Shown here piece after piece: positions 35,979 to 50,900 of a stretch of 64,000 bases of DNA. The notes beneath the pieces are model-generated. The model was not told where the DNA came from. It saw only the letters and a list, made by a program, of their open reading frames with translations, and did no database searches. The stretch is taken from NCBI GenBank assembly GCA_951406725.2, contig OX597827.1:52948001-53012000 (forward strand), given 5' to 3'. A program made the translations under genes and the position numbers. The stretch's first letter is position 1; every line of letters starts with the position of its first letter. This DNA comes from Octopus vulgaris (Eukaryota).

Positions 35979-38900
35979 ACTCATATATAATGCAGAAAAC
36001 AGGAAGTAAGTCAAAATGATATAGAAGAGTATTAATAGTACTCTCAAATTATTTGTCTCTTGTATGTAATATTTGTTTGACTGGGGTCTTCTATCAGCCA
36101 GCTTTTTACCCTTTCAACCCCAAACATCCAATTAGTCACCATGTGGTTTCATCAAAAGTAATTAGAAAAATTCTGAACAGAATGGAAACTTCCTTATGTT
36201 GTTTATTTTACTCCCTTTATTTTGTTAGTGTTTATTTTATTTTTCTCATTATTTATTTGATTGCTGCTGATCATGAAAATGACTGATGTATTTATAAGAC
36301 AGTGTCATTTGTTGGTGAAGTATTTTGCAGTAATTATAGCCTGACCTTAGCTGTTTACTACAACCACTACTACTTCTGCCAGCACCACCACCACCACCAC
36401 TACCACCACCACCACCACTACCACCACCACCACTACCACCACCACCACCACTACCACCACCTCCACTACTGTTGTACATGTGTGTAAGAACACACAAAAT
36501 ATACACACTGCAATACTATGCACATGCACTGTAGAAAAACTATTCACATATTTGTATTTACATACATATTTCATACAATGTTACATTAATTTTCCAACAC
36601 ACATTCATATATAAATATTCATTCACATGATATGAAACCAAAAAGATTTGAATACACTCAATCCTACCACACATTCTGAAATATTTAAACAAAGAATTTC
36701 AGAAAACATTCTTGGTTTTGATTATTTTTTATATTTTTATAGAAATGTTTACCTACACCCCACATTTAGTTCTAATTGCTGTGTTTGTGTTGGCTGCTGA
36801 GGGAAAATACATAAAAATAATATAATAGCATTGTCATTTGCTTCTATGACCATTTTACTATTTATACATAATGAATTGGGATAATACTTTACAGTCTGAG
36901 TTGAAACAGTTCCACCATAGAAACCAAACATTTATACCCTAACATGCTTCAAAATTTCATGAGTTACTATGAAATATTTATCCCACTTTTCAGAGACAGG
37001 TGAATATCTTCTTAAGTGGCTAAAATTTAATACAAGCAGAAGGTGGACAGCTACAGTTGAAGCAACACTTCTGCCATATAGGTAACATGACCTAAGCATA
37101 TAATTTTCTTAAATCATCATCATCAGCATTATTTTAATAGCAATGTAAAAAATATCTTATTATGTGTTGTATCAGTCAACAGCAAAGTATTTTAAAGATG
37201 TCATGATCTTGTATCATTTCAATACCTTCTAGACTGAGCTTTCTCACTGCTCTGTAGACTGTAGAGCCGAGTCAACAAATTTGGAATATAACTGCATATT
37301 TTTTTCAAAAGCTTCTTTTGTAACCATTATCAAAAATGGTCTCTATGGTTTCACATCCTCTGTGAACCACAAACCAATTGTTTTTATTATCGTAAGTTTG
37401 AGACACTTATTATTTCTGTCAGTTGTAAATAAATAGCAGGGATAATGCATCCACATTTTGCTCCTTAAGGGAAGGCCTAATATTATGGGTTCATGGTAGT
37501 AATTGCTATGGACTTACTTGATGTGAAATTACTACAATTTGGTTGCTGTTGTTGAATAACTCCATTTATTATTCAAGATCAGTAGCCCAACACAAGTAAG
37601 TATCAAGAGAATGTTATGGGAACAACATTTTCTGAACGCATAGTGACTCTGTGGTAAGTAGCTTGCTTGCGAACCACATGGTTCCGGGTTCAGTCCCACT
37701 GCATGGCACCTTGGGCAAGTGTCTTCTACTATAGCCTCGGGCCGACCAAAGCCATGTGAGTGGATTTGGTAGACGGAAACTGAAAGAAGCCCATCGTATA
37801 TACATATATATATATATGTGTATGTTTGTGTGTTGTGTTTGTCCCCTCCAACATCGCTTGACAACCGATGCTGGTGTGTTTACGTCCCCGAAACTTAGCG
37901 GTTCGGCAAAAGAGACCGATAGAATAAGTACTAGGCTTACAAAGAATAAGTCCTGGGGTCGATTTCCTCGACTAAAGGCAGTGCTCCAGTATGACCACTG
38001 TCAGATGACTGAAATGAGTAAATGAGTATGCACACACACATACACACATATGCACACAAGCAACATAACAAAATCAAATTACACATGTACACTGGGATAA
38101 GTTACAGATGCTCCATTCTTTGTTTCATCTATTGTTTTTCAAGCAAGTTGTTTAATTCATTTTGGTGGAAAAATTTAATTTAGAAATTGAAGCAATTGAT
38201 TATACCACTAAAGAAGTCTTGCCTGTTAATCAGATGGACTTATTATGGATGCAGTCTATAATGTTTACACATGTAGTAGCAAAACCATCTTTGAAATTTA
38301 GATAATGATCCAGTGTAAATCTTAATTGACTTGTTACAGTGGGTTAACAGAAATCAAGTTTGAAGCATTTTTTTTTTGTTCTAAAGAGGAAGCCTAGGTT
38401 TTGTGATACAATTTTGGCAATTAGAAAATTGATATTTTTTAAATCTCACAACCTGAGATATTCAGCAACAGTACTTTGTAGTAAAGATTGTTTGCCAACA
38501 TAACATGGCAGTCCTGGTTTAGGATGAATGTTGCTGTAATTTAACTCCAGGAGTCATTGTCTCCAGCTGGCTGTACGACATGATCTGTGTCCTTATATTT
38601 TCAAAGATATATAAGGACACAAATTGTGTCATATAGCCAGCTGGAGACAATGTCTCCTGGGGTTAAATTACAGTAACATTCGTCCTAAACCAGGACTGCC
38701 ATGTTATTTGGCAAACAATCTTTACTACAAATTTGGCAATGTTTGGTAATCATGAAAAATCACTGGAGATTGTGGGGCCTAACATGTGAGGGTTTTAGGT
38801 ATCTTCTGTTAGAAGTAATCGCAAGCCAATGTACAGAAGAAAGAGTGTGGAAAACATAATAGGAAAAAGGGAAGTATAGATAATAACTTATATAAATTAT

Positions 38901-41900
38901 TCAGAATGACAAACAATTCAGTTTCTGCATCAGTAGCATTAACCAGGGAGGAATGTGTGGTAGCCAAGAGGAATTATGTTCATTGAAGAATTGTTAGTAT
39001 CTGGCAGAGTTTGAAGAGCAGAAAGGAGGTTCAGCGCCATAATAATTGGAAGTTTTTTTTTTTTTGCTGAAATCTAGGTGAGAGAGGTAAATGTTAGGGC
39101 TAATAAATTCTACTTAGGTGCAACCACCACTTTTCAGAGTGATATAAAATGTAGCTTTGACTTTAAAGATGGTATTTTGTCTCTTTTTATACATTTTTGT
39201 CCAGGAAGGACTGGCAGTATCCATAGGTTGTTGTTGATATTTAGTTTTAACTTTTACAAGTTGATGCTTGTTGGGAATGTGTGGACAGGGAGGAATTTCA
39301 GAGAGTTGTAGCTTTCAAGAAGAAGGTTTGAATAATTTAATGTTGGGTTTTGGGATTATGACAAAATCCGTGAGTCAATCAGGTAGTATACAGTTGCTAC
39401 ATCAGAAAAGCAAGTCCTATAATAACAGTAATAAAAGAGATAAAAAATAGATACAGTGCATTAGTTGCAACTGGTTGTATTGTGTTGGTAAGTGAAAGTT
39501 CTTGGCTTCACTATGATTTCTAACATGGGCACAATGCCACATTTTGGTGAAGGTTATAGTTAATTAGATCAATCTCTGTACTTGATTGAACTTATTTTAT
39601 TGACTTGCTTTGATCTGAACTCAGAATGTAACTAAATACAGAAGAGGATTAATGATGATGATGATTTCTTAAGCACAGTGGTGTTTTTGTTAGTTTACTG
39701 ATAAAGATGATACATTGGCTGAATTGTGTCAGGGTAGTCTTGTGGTATTTCGGGCCCTATGTTTTGTGTGCAAATCCTACTGATGTTAACTTTGCCTTTC
39801 ATCCCTCTGAGGTCAACAAATAAAGTACCAGTCATTAACTAGGTCAATGTAATTGACTAATCCCCTCTCTTCAAGATTACTCTCCTTGATTCTAAATTAG
39901 AAACAATTATTTTGATGGTATTTATTTTATGAATGATAAAGTTAAAATCTGATTAGTATGACAAAGTGCTTGATATTTTAAAGTCTCTTGTAAAGTTTTT
40001 TACTGCTTGCACTTATACTAATGCTAATACTGATCGAGTTGGTGATGGCAATGACGATGATGACAATGATAATAATGATTATTATTTTCCTATGTGCATG
40101 AAATAGTGCAACTGATATTTGAGATTATGGACCTAAATGCTGACAAGATAATAACTGTTAATTAACCCTTTAGCATTCAGATTACTCTGTCAAATGTAAT
40201 CCCTTTTTATATCATTTTGAATTAATCATGCATTATTATGTAGCTTCAAGATTTCAATGATGTGATTGTTTATTTTTAGAATGACATTGTAGGATGAATC
40301 TAGTCAGTTTGAATATAAAACAGGAAGAATATTTTGGGCTGTATCTGGCCGGTTTAAATGCCAAAGGTTTAACCTGAATGAGTTGTCAAAGACTAAAGAA
40401 CGACAGATTTTGATAGGTTGAGGCTTTCTGCCAATTCTCAGCTTGTGCAATGTGGGTTATTCTCAATTAATGACTTGATTTGGTCATTATCTGTAGTAGA
40501 TGGTCTGTCTGATCGCTCTTTATCAATAAGGCTACAATCTCCAGCTTGGAACCTTGCGAAACACTTCTGTACAGTTCTTTCGGATAAAGAAACATCACCA
40601 TAAACTGCGCATATTTCTTTGGTTGCTTGTGAGGCATTTTTCCCTTTACGGAAAAAGAAAAGCATCAAGTGCCAAAAATGAACTTTCTTATCTTCTATTT
40701 TAAAGGGTTACAGAATTAACACAGGTTATAGGAACATAAACCTTCTTCCACGAAAAAATAGCTTAAACTGTGCCTCTAAATGGAGGTGTAGTCAAAACCT
40801 ATTTTATGAACTCAACCATGTTCTAAAATAAGTTGGAAGGCAAGCTACTATAAATCGGCACAAACTTTCCGGACAACCCAATAGAATAGATGAAAGCAAT
40901 GAGCTGGCAGAATTATTAGCATGCTGGGCAAAATCCTTAGAGTCATTTCAGCCATCTTTATGTTCTGAGTTCAAATGCTTCTGAGGTCAACTTTGCATTT
41001 CATCCTTCTGGAGTCAATAGAATAAGTACCAGTTGGTCACTGGGACTGATGTAATCAACTTAACCCCTCTCCCAAAATTACTGGTTTTGTGTCAAAAATT
41101 TGAAACCAATATTTATAGTAAAGGAGGACCCAGGTCCTCACTTATTAAAATGGAAGTATCTCCTAGCTGAAATTGCTTCCAGATAAATCCTAGAAGAATT
41201 CCATTAAATTAATTTGATTGTGAAGTAAATGTATCCTAAAAAGGGCCTTCTCAAATATGCCAGATACATGCGTGTGTTTATATAAGCCCATCAATGTATG
41301 AATACATATATCTTTATGCATGATTCTTTGATACATGTATGACTACAGGATAGATAACTAAGTGGACAGCATAGCAGACAACCAGCTTAGATATCAACTG
41401 TACATATCCTATTACTGGCACTATATTGTGTCTGTGGCCAAGCCATAGAACCTCTCAAATGGGCCAGACCACCTTGCAGTAACTAGCTATCACAAGAACA
41501 AGAATTACATATTGCTCTTAGTAACAATACTATTTTATTTTTCCATTCAACAAATTTATTTTATTGGAACATTTAAATAAAAGAAACAGGAAAGAAGAGA
41601 GATAAAAAAGGATGGAGGTAAAGTAACAGAAGTTGGAGAAGGGATGATGGGCTACATTCCAGCACAAATGGTGCGCTCACCTGTGCCCCACAGTAATGAT
41701 TGCATTGGTGTTGCCATGGAAAATGGCCAGTGACACTTGCTGCAGCAGCCATTCCACCTCACAGGGCTCATTTCTCCAGTAGGTTGCTGATATCCCTATT
41801 TTGCAGAGGAAATTGGTAGTATGGGGTCCTAGAACACCTGGTGTCTTGACAGCAACTAGCACAAACTGATAGCAATCAGTGAGACCCCTGTATTTATTGA

Positions 41901-44900
41901 TTTTTCTCTCATCCATGTTACAGGCAGTGACACCTGGGTTTGCAGGTGATATTACTAGTGATGGTGCCACAAAAATAGCATCCAGCTCACTCTGTAAAAT
42001 GGTTAGCACGAGGAAGAGTGTTCAGTTGTAGAAACAATGCCAAAAACAGACATTGGAGGTTGGTGCAGTCCTCTGTGTCATCAGTTCCTGTCAATCCGTC
42101 CAACCCATGTCAGCATGGAAAATGGATGTTAAATGATGATAATGATGGTGACACACACATTCATATAAAAACCATATATCATTTTAACAATGTTAATAAA
42201 TAGGAATACATGATTAAATCTTATTTTAGTGTGCTAAAAAATTGAAAGTAAAATATATATGAAATGAAAGTAACTTCCATTTGTTTGTTAAAAATGTGAA
42301 TGTAAACTATGAAAGAACTGAAATTTATTATTTTTATGTATGGGAAGAAACAATGCATACAATGTACATATATTTTAAGTTAAAATATTACATTCATTTA
42401 TACAAGAAATATGATTCACATATATCTGTTGTTCACAATTGCTAAACTTACCCCTCCATGTGTTCATGCAGATATAATGTGAATAAAGCATCATTTGTTC
42501 TGCATTGTCACTGCAGTTTCTTCTTTACCAACATTGGTCAACTGCTTAAGGTTGTCTGCATATGAAGTGATTTAAGTTCATTCTGTTGTTACACTTTCAG
42601 TTTTGCATTTTATTTTTGTCTTCAACTTTTACTTTTATTTTAATTGCGTGCTAAAATATGATTTAGTATTCATCCACAAAATATGTATTTATGTGTATAT
42701 GTATCTTATCTTTGTATTTAAGTCTTTTTGTTTGCGTGTACCATAAATCCTTGAGTATAATCCGCATTTTCCCCCCAAAATTTAAAGGGCAAAATCCCTA
42801 GTGCATACTATATACAAGGTTAAAAATGAAAAAGTATTTTCTAAGCAATGTCCGAGTCTCTATTTGCTGTCTGGCAATGTTTATTCAGACGCATTTTGTG
42901 ATGTCGGGCGCGAAAATACCTTAAGCTAAGCCTGAAAACAATGAAGTCATAAAAGAATCATCCATAACTTGCACTAAGCAACATTTATTAAATTAAAAGT
43001 ATTCAGAACACAGAATAATATGTAACAAAAACAATTTGCAAACATATTTACATTCCCATATAACAGTTAAGAACATTATTGTATTACGCATGCACGGAAG
43101 TGTTTATTTGACTAGGTGCTGCTGATTAATTACGCACGACTCAAGTTAGAGAAAGAGTGTGTATTATACACAAGGTTTAGGTTTTTCAGAGGTACAGCCC
43201 CCTAAAAATACCCTGCGTATTATACTCAAGGGCGGACTATACTCGAGGATTTACGGTATCCCTGTTTTCATATTTATTTGTCTGTGTGTTTGTGCTTTGA
43301 TGTTCACTTTTACTTGTGAGTGTGCATTTCATACTATGTATGTCTTGTGAATGTTTTTATGTACTTTGTATGTATGTGAGTCTATTTCCATGTTTTGTTT
43401 GTCCTTTGTGCACTTTCAGTTATTATTAGATGTGTTTATGTGTTTGTTATGTGTATGCCTTGTGCTGTGTGTGTGTTTATTGCCATATGTATATCAGTGT
43501 TCATTTTGTGTGTGGACACATCATATTCGATTGTCTCTCTCTCTCTTTCATTGATGGAGATTATTATTTTGCTTTATTGATAAATTCTGTTTTGAAGATT
43601 CCAGGGCCCAGAATATCACTGGAAGTATTTAAGTGTACATTATTCAAAACATTTTTGTGCCACAACGGGTAAAATTTCTGTTATGCACAAATGGCAATAC
43701 AAATTTCCAATTTTAATAGTTAGTATCAATGACAGAAACAGTATTATTTTAAAATAGTATTCTGTATCTTATTTAACATGCATATACTGTAGAAAATCAC
43801 AGAGCTGCACTTTGTATCGACATATAGTGCTAAAAAACACAGAAGAATATCAGTAGATGAAAAGCATGCAGCAGCACTAGAATTGCTAAATCTTGATTTG
43901 CCCATCTACTGCTTCTTTTGCTAGTAAAAATTTTTTACCAAGCGTATGATATCAGTGATTTGTTAATCATTAGTTTTCTATATCAGTTGAGGCTAAATTT
44001 GTGTAAGCATTCAGTTGCTAGTGGATGCTTTTCTACTGAAGACATGGAAATACATAGAAATCTAGATTTAGCAATTCCACTGGATGCTTTTTGTCTGCTA
44101 CTGATATTCTACTGTGCATTTTAGCAGTATATGTCCATATGAGGTGCTTTCTTGAGATGGATACTGTAACTGTGTGACTTTCTACAGATAATCCTCATTA
44201 AGATATACAAAATGCAATTTTAATAGTATATATATTGCTGAAGTAAATACTGTACAGAAAACGTGGTGCCCTTTTCAACAATTTGCATCAAAATTTGTAT
44301 CCTAGAATATGTTTAAGAATTTTGGTTCCAAATTTTGGCACAAGGCCAACAAGTTTGAGGGAGGGTGTTAGTCAATTAAATCAACTCCAGTGCTTAATTG
44401 GTACTTATTTTATCAACCCCGAAAGGTTGAGAGGCAAAGTCAACCTTGGCAGAATATATGTTTAATAATATTATAAAGAAAACCAAACTAACTTCTTGTT
44501 TCTATTGTTAAAGATCTTCTTGATATAGTTGCTAGCAGACTTGTTTTATAAAGATAAATTGTATGTTTTTGTTGAGAATATAATATCTGTTACTGTTTTT
44601 TATAACTTTATACTGTCAAAGATTTTGCTGGTAGATTGAACACCAGATAATCCTGTACATTTATAAAATTTTGTGGGTAGGATATGTTGGAGTGATTTCC
44701 CTGTTTACTGCTCTTCATCTATACTAAATGGTATAGCTATTCTTTGGAGAGGGTACATGATATTGGTAGAATAATTATGTTTTGGAACATGGATGTACAT
44801 ACCAACAAGATAGTTGCTAACTATCCAGCTGATTTTAAAAATTGAATTCAGTAGCCTACTGCAAACTAACTGAAACACTCATGAATTATACAGTGTTCCA

Positions 44901-47900
44901 TCTATACACAGCAGGGAGCTGTACCTGCTTTATGATGCTTACCATCCATGTAAAATGCCTAATTGAAACTTTTTTTGTCATGGCTACAACACAATACCGG
45001 TGCTGGAACTGAAACTGTCAACTCCTCTATTGGTCGTTTGAAATCACCAGCACAGTCCAATCTGTTGCTGCAGGGTAGCATAGAAAGCACATCTACACAT
45101 GTGCATGTGCACTTACACACATGCATGGATGCACATGTACTTATGTAAGTATGTATGTACATGCCTGAAAATTGGGAAATGTTCTGTCATGAAAAATCTT
45201 ATCCCTTCTAATGCCATGTGGTTTCTGTGAATTTCTAGGTTGCTGAACACATGTATGACCCTTATGATGCAGAACAAATGTTTGTGCCTTTTTCTGCATC
45301 ACAGAATGTAATGAGCCAAACTTTGAAGAACCCTTATGAAAAGATTATCTGTGAAAATAATTCCATTACAGTTTCCAAACAGGTAAGTTATATTTGCCTT
45401 TATTGAATGTAATAGGATTTCTTTTTTTTAATTTAGTATATGGTTATTTTTGCTGTAGAAAAAATTCATTATATGTGTAAAAACAGAGTACATAGTTATT
45501 TAAACTAACCCTAGTATTTTTTTTATTGTTTCCTATTAGCTATCTTTGTACTTCATTGGGTCAGTGCTTACCTCAAGTTTCCATGATATTAAAAAAAAAC
45601 AAAAAAAAACAAGATACATAACCAAATATGATGCCAATCTATTACAGAAACCTAGTACATAGCTTGTACTTATTCTATTAACCTCATAAACAGATGAAAA
45701 CCAATGTCAGTTTCTATGTTATTTGAAAGATGCTAAATGAGTTATTTGACTAAATGCTGTATATGGATATAGAATAGTTCTAAAATTACTTTCAATTACA
45801 GTTTTAAAATTTCATTTCTAGATTGCTAATGCAAAATTAATTGTTGGCAGTAGGTTCGCTATTTTGTAAAACAATTTCAGTAGTTGTATATTAACATTAT
45901 GATCTACACCAAAGAAAGTCTCTACCAAATAGGGATGTTTTCACTCTCAAAATTTCATGACTACTAGTTTACCAATAGTAAACTACTAGTTTACCACTGA
46001 ATTTTCCAAAATATGTACCTGCCCCAATTTAACATATTCATTTCTTCTTTTATCACCCTTCTATATTTCATCCTTTTCAAGAACATACACTGAACATTTT
46101 CTCCATCTTTCCTATCCAAAACTGCATCATTTTAGCTCTCCTTTCCAACTCCTGTTTTCCTCTAACATTTTAACCTGCAGATTAAGGGATTAAAGCAGAC
46201 AAATTATTAATCCTTTTAGGAAGATGACCCTACTTAATATGTAGGAAAGGTATTGGTAGAAACTCCATACAGTGTGATCAGTGCAAACTATGGACACATA
46301 AGAAGTGCAGCAGTATCACAGAAAGGTTAATGGAGAAAGTAGTCTTTGTGTGTGGAAGGTGTGCAGGTACAATAAACACTAAGAATGTACAGGAAATAGA
46401 CTTCCTCAAATATCTGGGAGGTGTCCTTAGAAGTAGTAGTTAGCTTCCATTACCGAGGCAACCAAGTTAGCAGTAGAGGAGAATGCTCTGAAAGCGTAAT
46501 TACTAGAATAAGAACAGGCTGGGTGAAGTTTAGAGAGCTACTACCTTTGTTGGTAAGAAAGGGCTTCTCCCTCAGAGTGAAAGGCAGATTGTATGATGCC
46601 TGTGTTCGGACAGCTATGCTACATGGCAGTGAAACATGGGCTGTGACTACAGAGGACATGTAAAGGCTTGAAAGAAATGACACCAGCATGCTCCACTCTC
46701 TTTGACTGTTTCTCTGACTTTCTCTCTAACTCTCTCTCTGCCTCCTCACTTCTCTTTTCCAACTGGGGTTGCCAGTAAGATAGCTATTGCTATCCGTCTA
46801 TTATACTTTAACCTCTCATCTGGCATGGATCCACTTCCTGTGGTTCCACTTCTGTGGTTCCACTTCCTCTCCCATCTGAGAGGTTTCTGCCTCACAAGTT
46901 ACTGGATGACCCTGCTGATGTCAATGCCACATAAAAATCACCCAGTACACTCTGTAAAGTGTTTGGCATTAGGAAGGGAATCCAGCCATAGAAACCAGGC
47001 CAAAGCAGACAATGGGGTCTAGTGCATCTCTCTAGCTTGTCAGTTTCTGTCAAACCATCTAACCCATGCCAGCACGGAAGACAGATGTTAAATGATGATG
47101 ATTAAAGCAGACCCTCAGCTGTATTGACTTCAAAATCTTGGAGGAGATGAAAGATAGAGGGAACTTTTTAGTCTTGTTGGATGCAAACTCTCTAACACCA
47201 GTGGTATTCTAAAATACACCTAGTCCACACTGTCAAGTGGTTGGTGATAAAATAGCTAACAAATTTATAAAGACATGACAGTGACTTTAGACTGAGTGTC
47301 CAAGACAGCTGGTATATTCATTATGAAAAAATTAGTATGCTCAGAGTAAGCTCTGCCAACATGTATTTGAAAAGCATAGAATAATGGTAGCAACAAAGCA
47401 ATCAGAATAACAGAGGGGTTGAAAGAGTGATGATTAGTGAGAGATAGTTAAATGGTCAAAGTGAATAACTGATGTCAATAACAAATGATTATATTCAGTT
47501 TTTATCTCAGCTCATTTGTACTTCATTGTTCAAACTCACAAATATTGCACATCCATGAGTGCACACTTTCTTCATTCCTTTCTAGTTTTTCATCCCTCTG
47601 CATTCAAGGCCCACCTCCCACTGATATGCGATGCCTGACTTTGTGCAGCATCACATATTTATTATTGTATATGTATGTGTATTTGTGTGAGTACATATAT
47701 ATATATATTCCCATCCACATGGGTCCTGGTTCAGTTCCGCTGTATTGTACCTTGGGCAAGTGTCTTTTACTATAGTCTTGGGCTGACCAAAGCCTTGAGT
47801 GGATTTGGTTGATAGAAACTGAAAGAAGCCCATTGTATATGTGTATGTGTGTATGTCTTTATGTTTGTCCCCCACCACTGCTTGCCAACTGGTGTTGTTG

Positions 47901-50900
47901 TGTTTATGTCCCTGTTTATGTTCAGTAAAAGAGACTGATAGAATAAGTACCAGGCTTAGAAAAATTAATAAGTACTGGGGTCGATTCATTCAGCTTAAAA
48001 CTTCTTCAAGGCAGTGCCCCAGCATGGCTGCAGTCTAATGGCTGAAACAAGGAAAAGATAAAAGATATAATCACACTCACACACACATCCATTCATCCAT
48101 GCATAAAAAAATTAATACATATCACAGAAAGAGAAAAAGATTTTGTAACTAGATAGATTATTTCTGTAAAATGATGTAACACAGTATACAAACATTAGAG
48201 ATATAAATCCACTATAAAATACTTATAGTTTTTTTTAGTTTAAAATTAAATTTATAATTGTAAATACTTGATTTTCAGCTTTATTAATAACAACTGTTGC
48301 TATTCTTGTCATTGTTGTTTCACTGTTATTCATAAAAGAAACTGTTATGCGATAAAAGTGATTATTAATATTGTTGCTGTTAAAGAATGTATTATTGTTG
48401 TTATTGCTGTATTGTTGCTCTTTATCATCTAGCTGGATAATATATTATTTATTGCTGTTAATGGAGATGGTACAGAAGATGAACACTTCCTTAACAAGAA
48501 AATTTTGGTCTTCCATCGAATATTGAAATTTCTTTATGGTCCGGTATTGAAACAGTGAGTTCTAAAATGTCATTACTGATGGTGTTTTTGAATTGCTTTT
48601 ATTTTGTATTATTATTGGAAAACTCAGGTTAACTCATAATAGCTAAAATTTAGTGGTTCTCAACCATTTTTTGCCTATGGACCCCTTTGATTTCTAGTTC
48701 ACTCTACTGGACCTCCATAGCCACTCAGTGTATGCAAAAGACACTTTACTGTATTTTTATGATTACATATTCTTAGGAATTGTATTAAAAAAAGTATTGT
48801 AGAAGTATAAGCAATTTATTGTACATAAATTTTTATATGGACCTCCAAAGGTCATAAGGTGTCTGGTTGCTAAATTAACATTTGAAAACTTTAACAAAAT
48901 AAACATTGAAGATAGTACTATAGAAAAAGCTAAGTTTCCAGCAAGCCAAATCCACAACATGGCTTTGCTTCTCAGTTGTAGATATTTCATTTTAAATATA
49001 ATGATGTCTTTGGAAAATTAAGTATACATGTAAAAACTTTCATTTTTCTGTTCCTTGAATCAATTCTGCTCACCATCCACAAATGTCACTTCCGATTTTT
49101 GGCATGGGTTGGATGATTTGACAGGATCTGATGTGTCCAAGGACTGTGTTGTGCTCCAGTGTCTACTTTGACATGGTTTCTACAGCTGGATACCTTTCCT
49201 AGCATCAACCACTTTACAGAGTGGACTGGGTGCTTTCTTCTTGTGCCCCCTGCACTATTGATCTCACCATGCAATTCACAGAACTACAAACCCTGGGGAT
49301 GGTGGTGGTGAGGTCAGCTTCATGCTAGGGGACAAGGGAGTTACTATGAGAAGGAGGGAGAGAGCAGGTTATTTAAGAAAGATCTGCATGGCTACTCACA
49401 TCTAGTTGGAGAAATGGGGAGAGAAAAAGAGAAAATGATCAGTAGGAACTGCAAGAGGTAGATAATGGTATGAGGTGTCTAGGTGGTCCCAAAAGGCACA
49501 AGATGAGGAGAAGTAAGTGGGGTAGTTTGCAAGATTATATGGGGAAAGGAGAATGAGAGAAAAATGGGTAGACTGCCAAAATGGATAGGATTGAAGGGTA
49601 GATGAACAAAGAAACATGAGCTAAGGAGGATAGAGGGATGTGGAAAAGAGAGTGGGGAATGGCAGGAATAGTAAGATAATACAGTTGCCAGGGATGAGGA
49701 CGAGAGACACTTAGGGTTAATGAGACATGGGCCTTGAATGCAGAGAACTTAAAAAGACTAGCAAGAAATGAAGTAAGCATGCTCCATTGGATGTGCAATG
49801 TGAGTGTGCAGGAACAATATAGTATGAATGTGCTGAGAGAAAAACTGAGCATAGAAGGAATCAGATGTGTTCAAGAAAAAAGACAGCAATGGTATAGGCA
49901 TCTGACATTCCCCACACATACACACTAGTTAGGCCAGGATGAGTTGGGGGAGGCAGTAGGAGTGGTGGTGTTGAGGCTCTTTGATACTATGCCAGACTCT
50001 TGGACAGGAATAACTGAAGAAATTGTTGTGGGCAATGCTTTAAAAAATGGGCAGGTGAAGATAATTATTAAAAAGAAGCAATTATAAGGTGAAAAGAAAT
50101 AATAAATTGTTTAATAGATAGTTTGGGATGATGAAAAGATGAGGAATGTGTACACAAAGTGAGTTAAAATTGGAAGGATATTAATTTGGGAAATCTAAAG
50201 TAGCAGTGACTAACTTGTAAGAAAATGTCTGAAAATTTCTACATTAGAATTTCATTCAATTTAATTTCTTTCTTCTTCAATCCTTTTTCATAGAATAAAA
50301 CCAAAAAGATTGCTTGAACAAAGAGAAAGACAGAATTATTTAACACAAATTCTCAGGACATGGTGCCACCTTGTCCAAGAGGAGCAGTCCTTTCTAATGG
50401 AGGTATGTCACTTTTTTGACAGAGTCAATCTTTTAATTCTTTTCTCATTATCATTATTCTCCAGGAAAGTAATGAATGATTACCTTACCATATGCTTGTA
50501 CAAACTGTAAAGACATAAAAGAAACAGAGACAAAACTGGATTTATTTGAAAATAGGTACTCCTGAAATGATTTACATAGATAGGTCCAAACAGCTTAGTT
50601 TCAACTGTCTTTTAGGAGAAAAGATCTTGAAGTGAGAGACATAAGAGTAAAGTAGGTAGCAGAAGTCAACTTTGAAAAAAAAGCACTATTGTTGAATGCT
50701 AAATACAGGACAGTAGAGACAATAAACAAAGCTGAAAGATTTGGCTCAAAACTTAGAAGCATAGCAGGTACAATAGAGACCCAATGTATTATCAGTGCAT
50801 TAACATGATATAAGATGCCAACATAATTTCAGTTTGATGTTTTTCTGATACAGTCTGTACTGTAAGGTAAACGGTATTCTAGTAAGCTGAATTTGTTACT

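Noticed and set aside
36249-36574. Poly-Gly, poly-His and poly-Val ORFs
   Set aside because: These are different frames of one (CCA)n microsatellite, with no splice or homology support.
36700-37640. Unexplained non-repetitive stretch and ORF 36749-36931 as a nested gene
   Set aside because: I could not find a recognisable domain or build a consistent exon chain. Degenerate repeat or intronic DNA is more likely.
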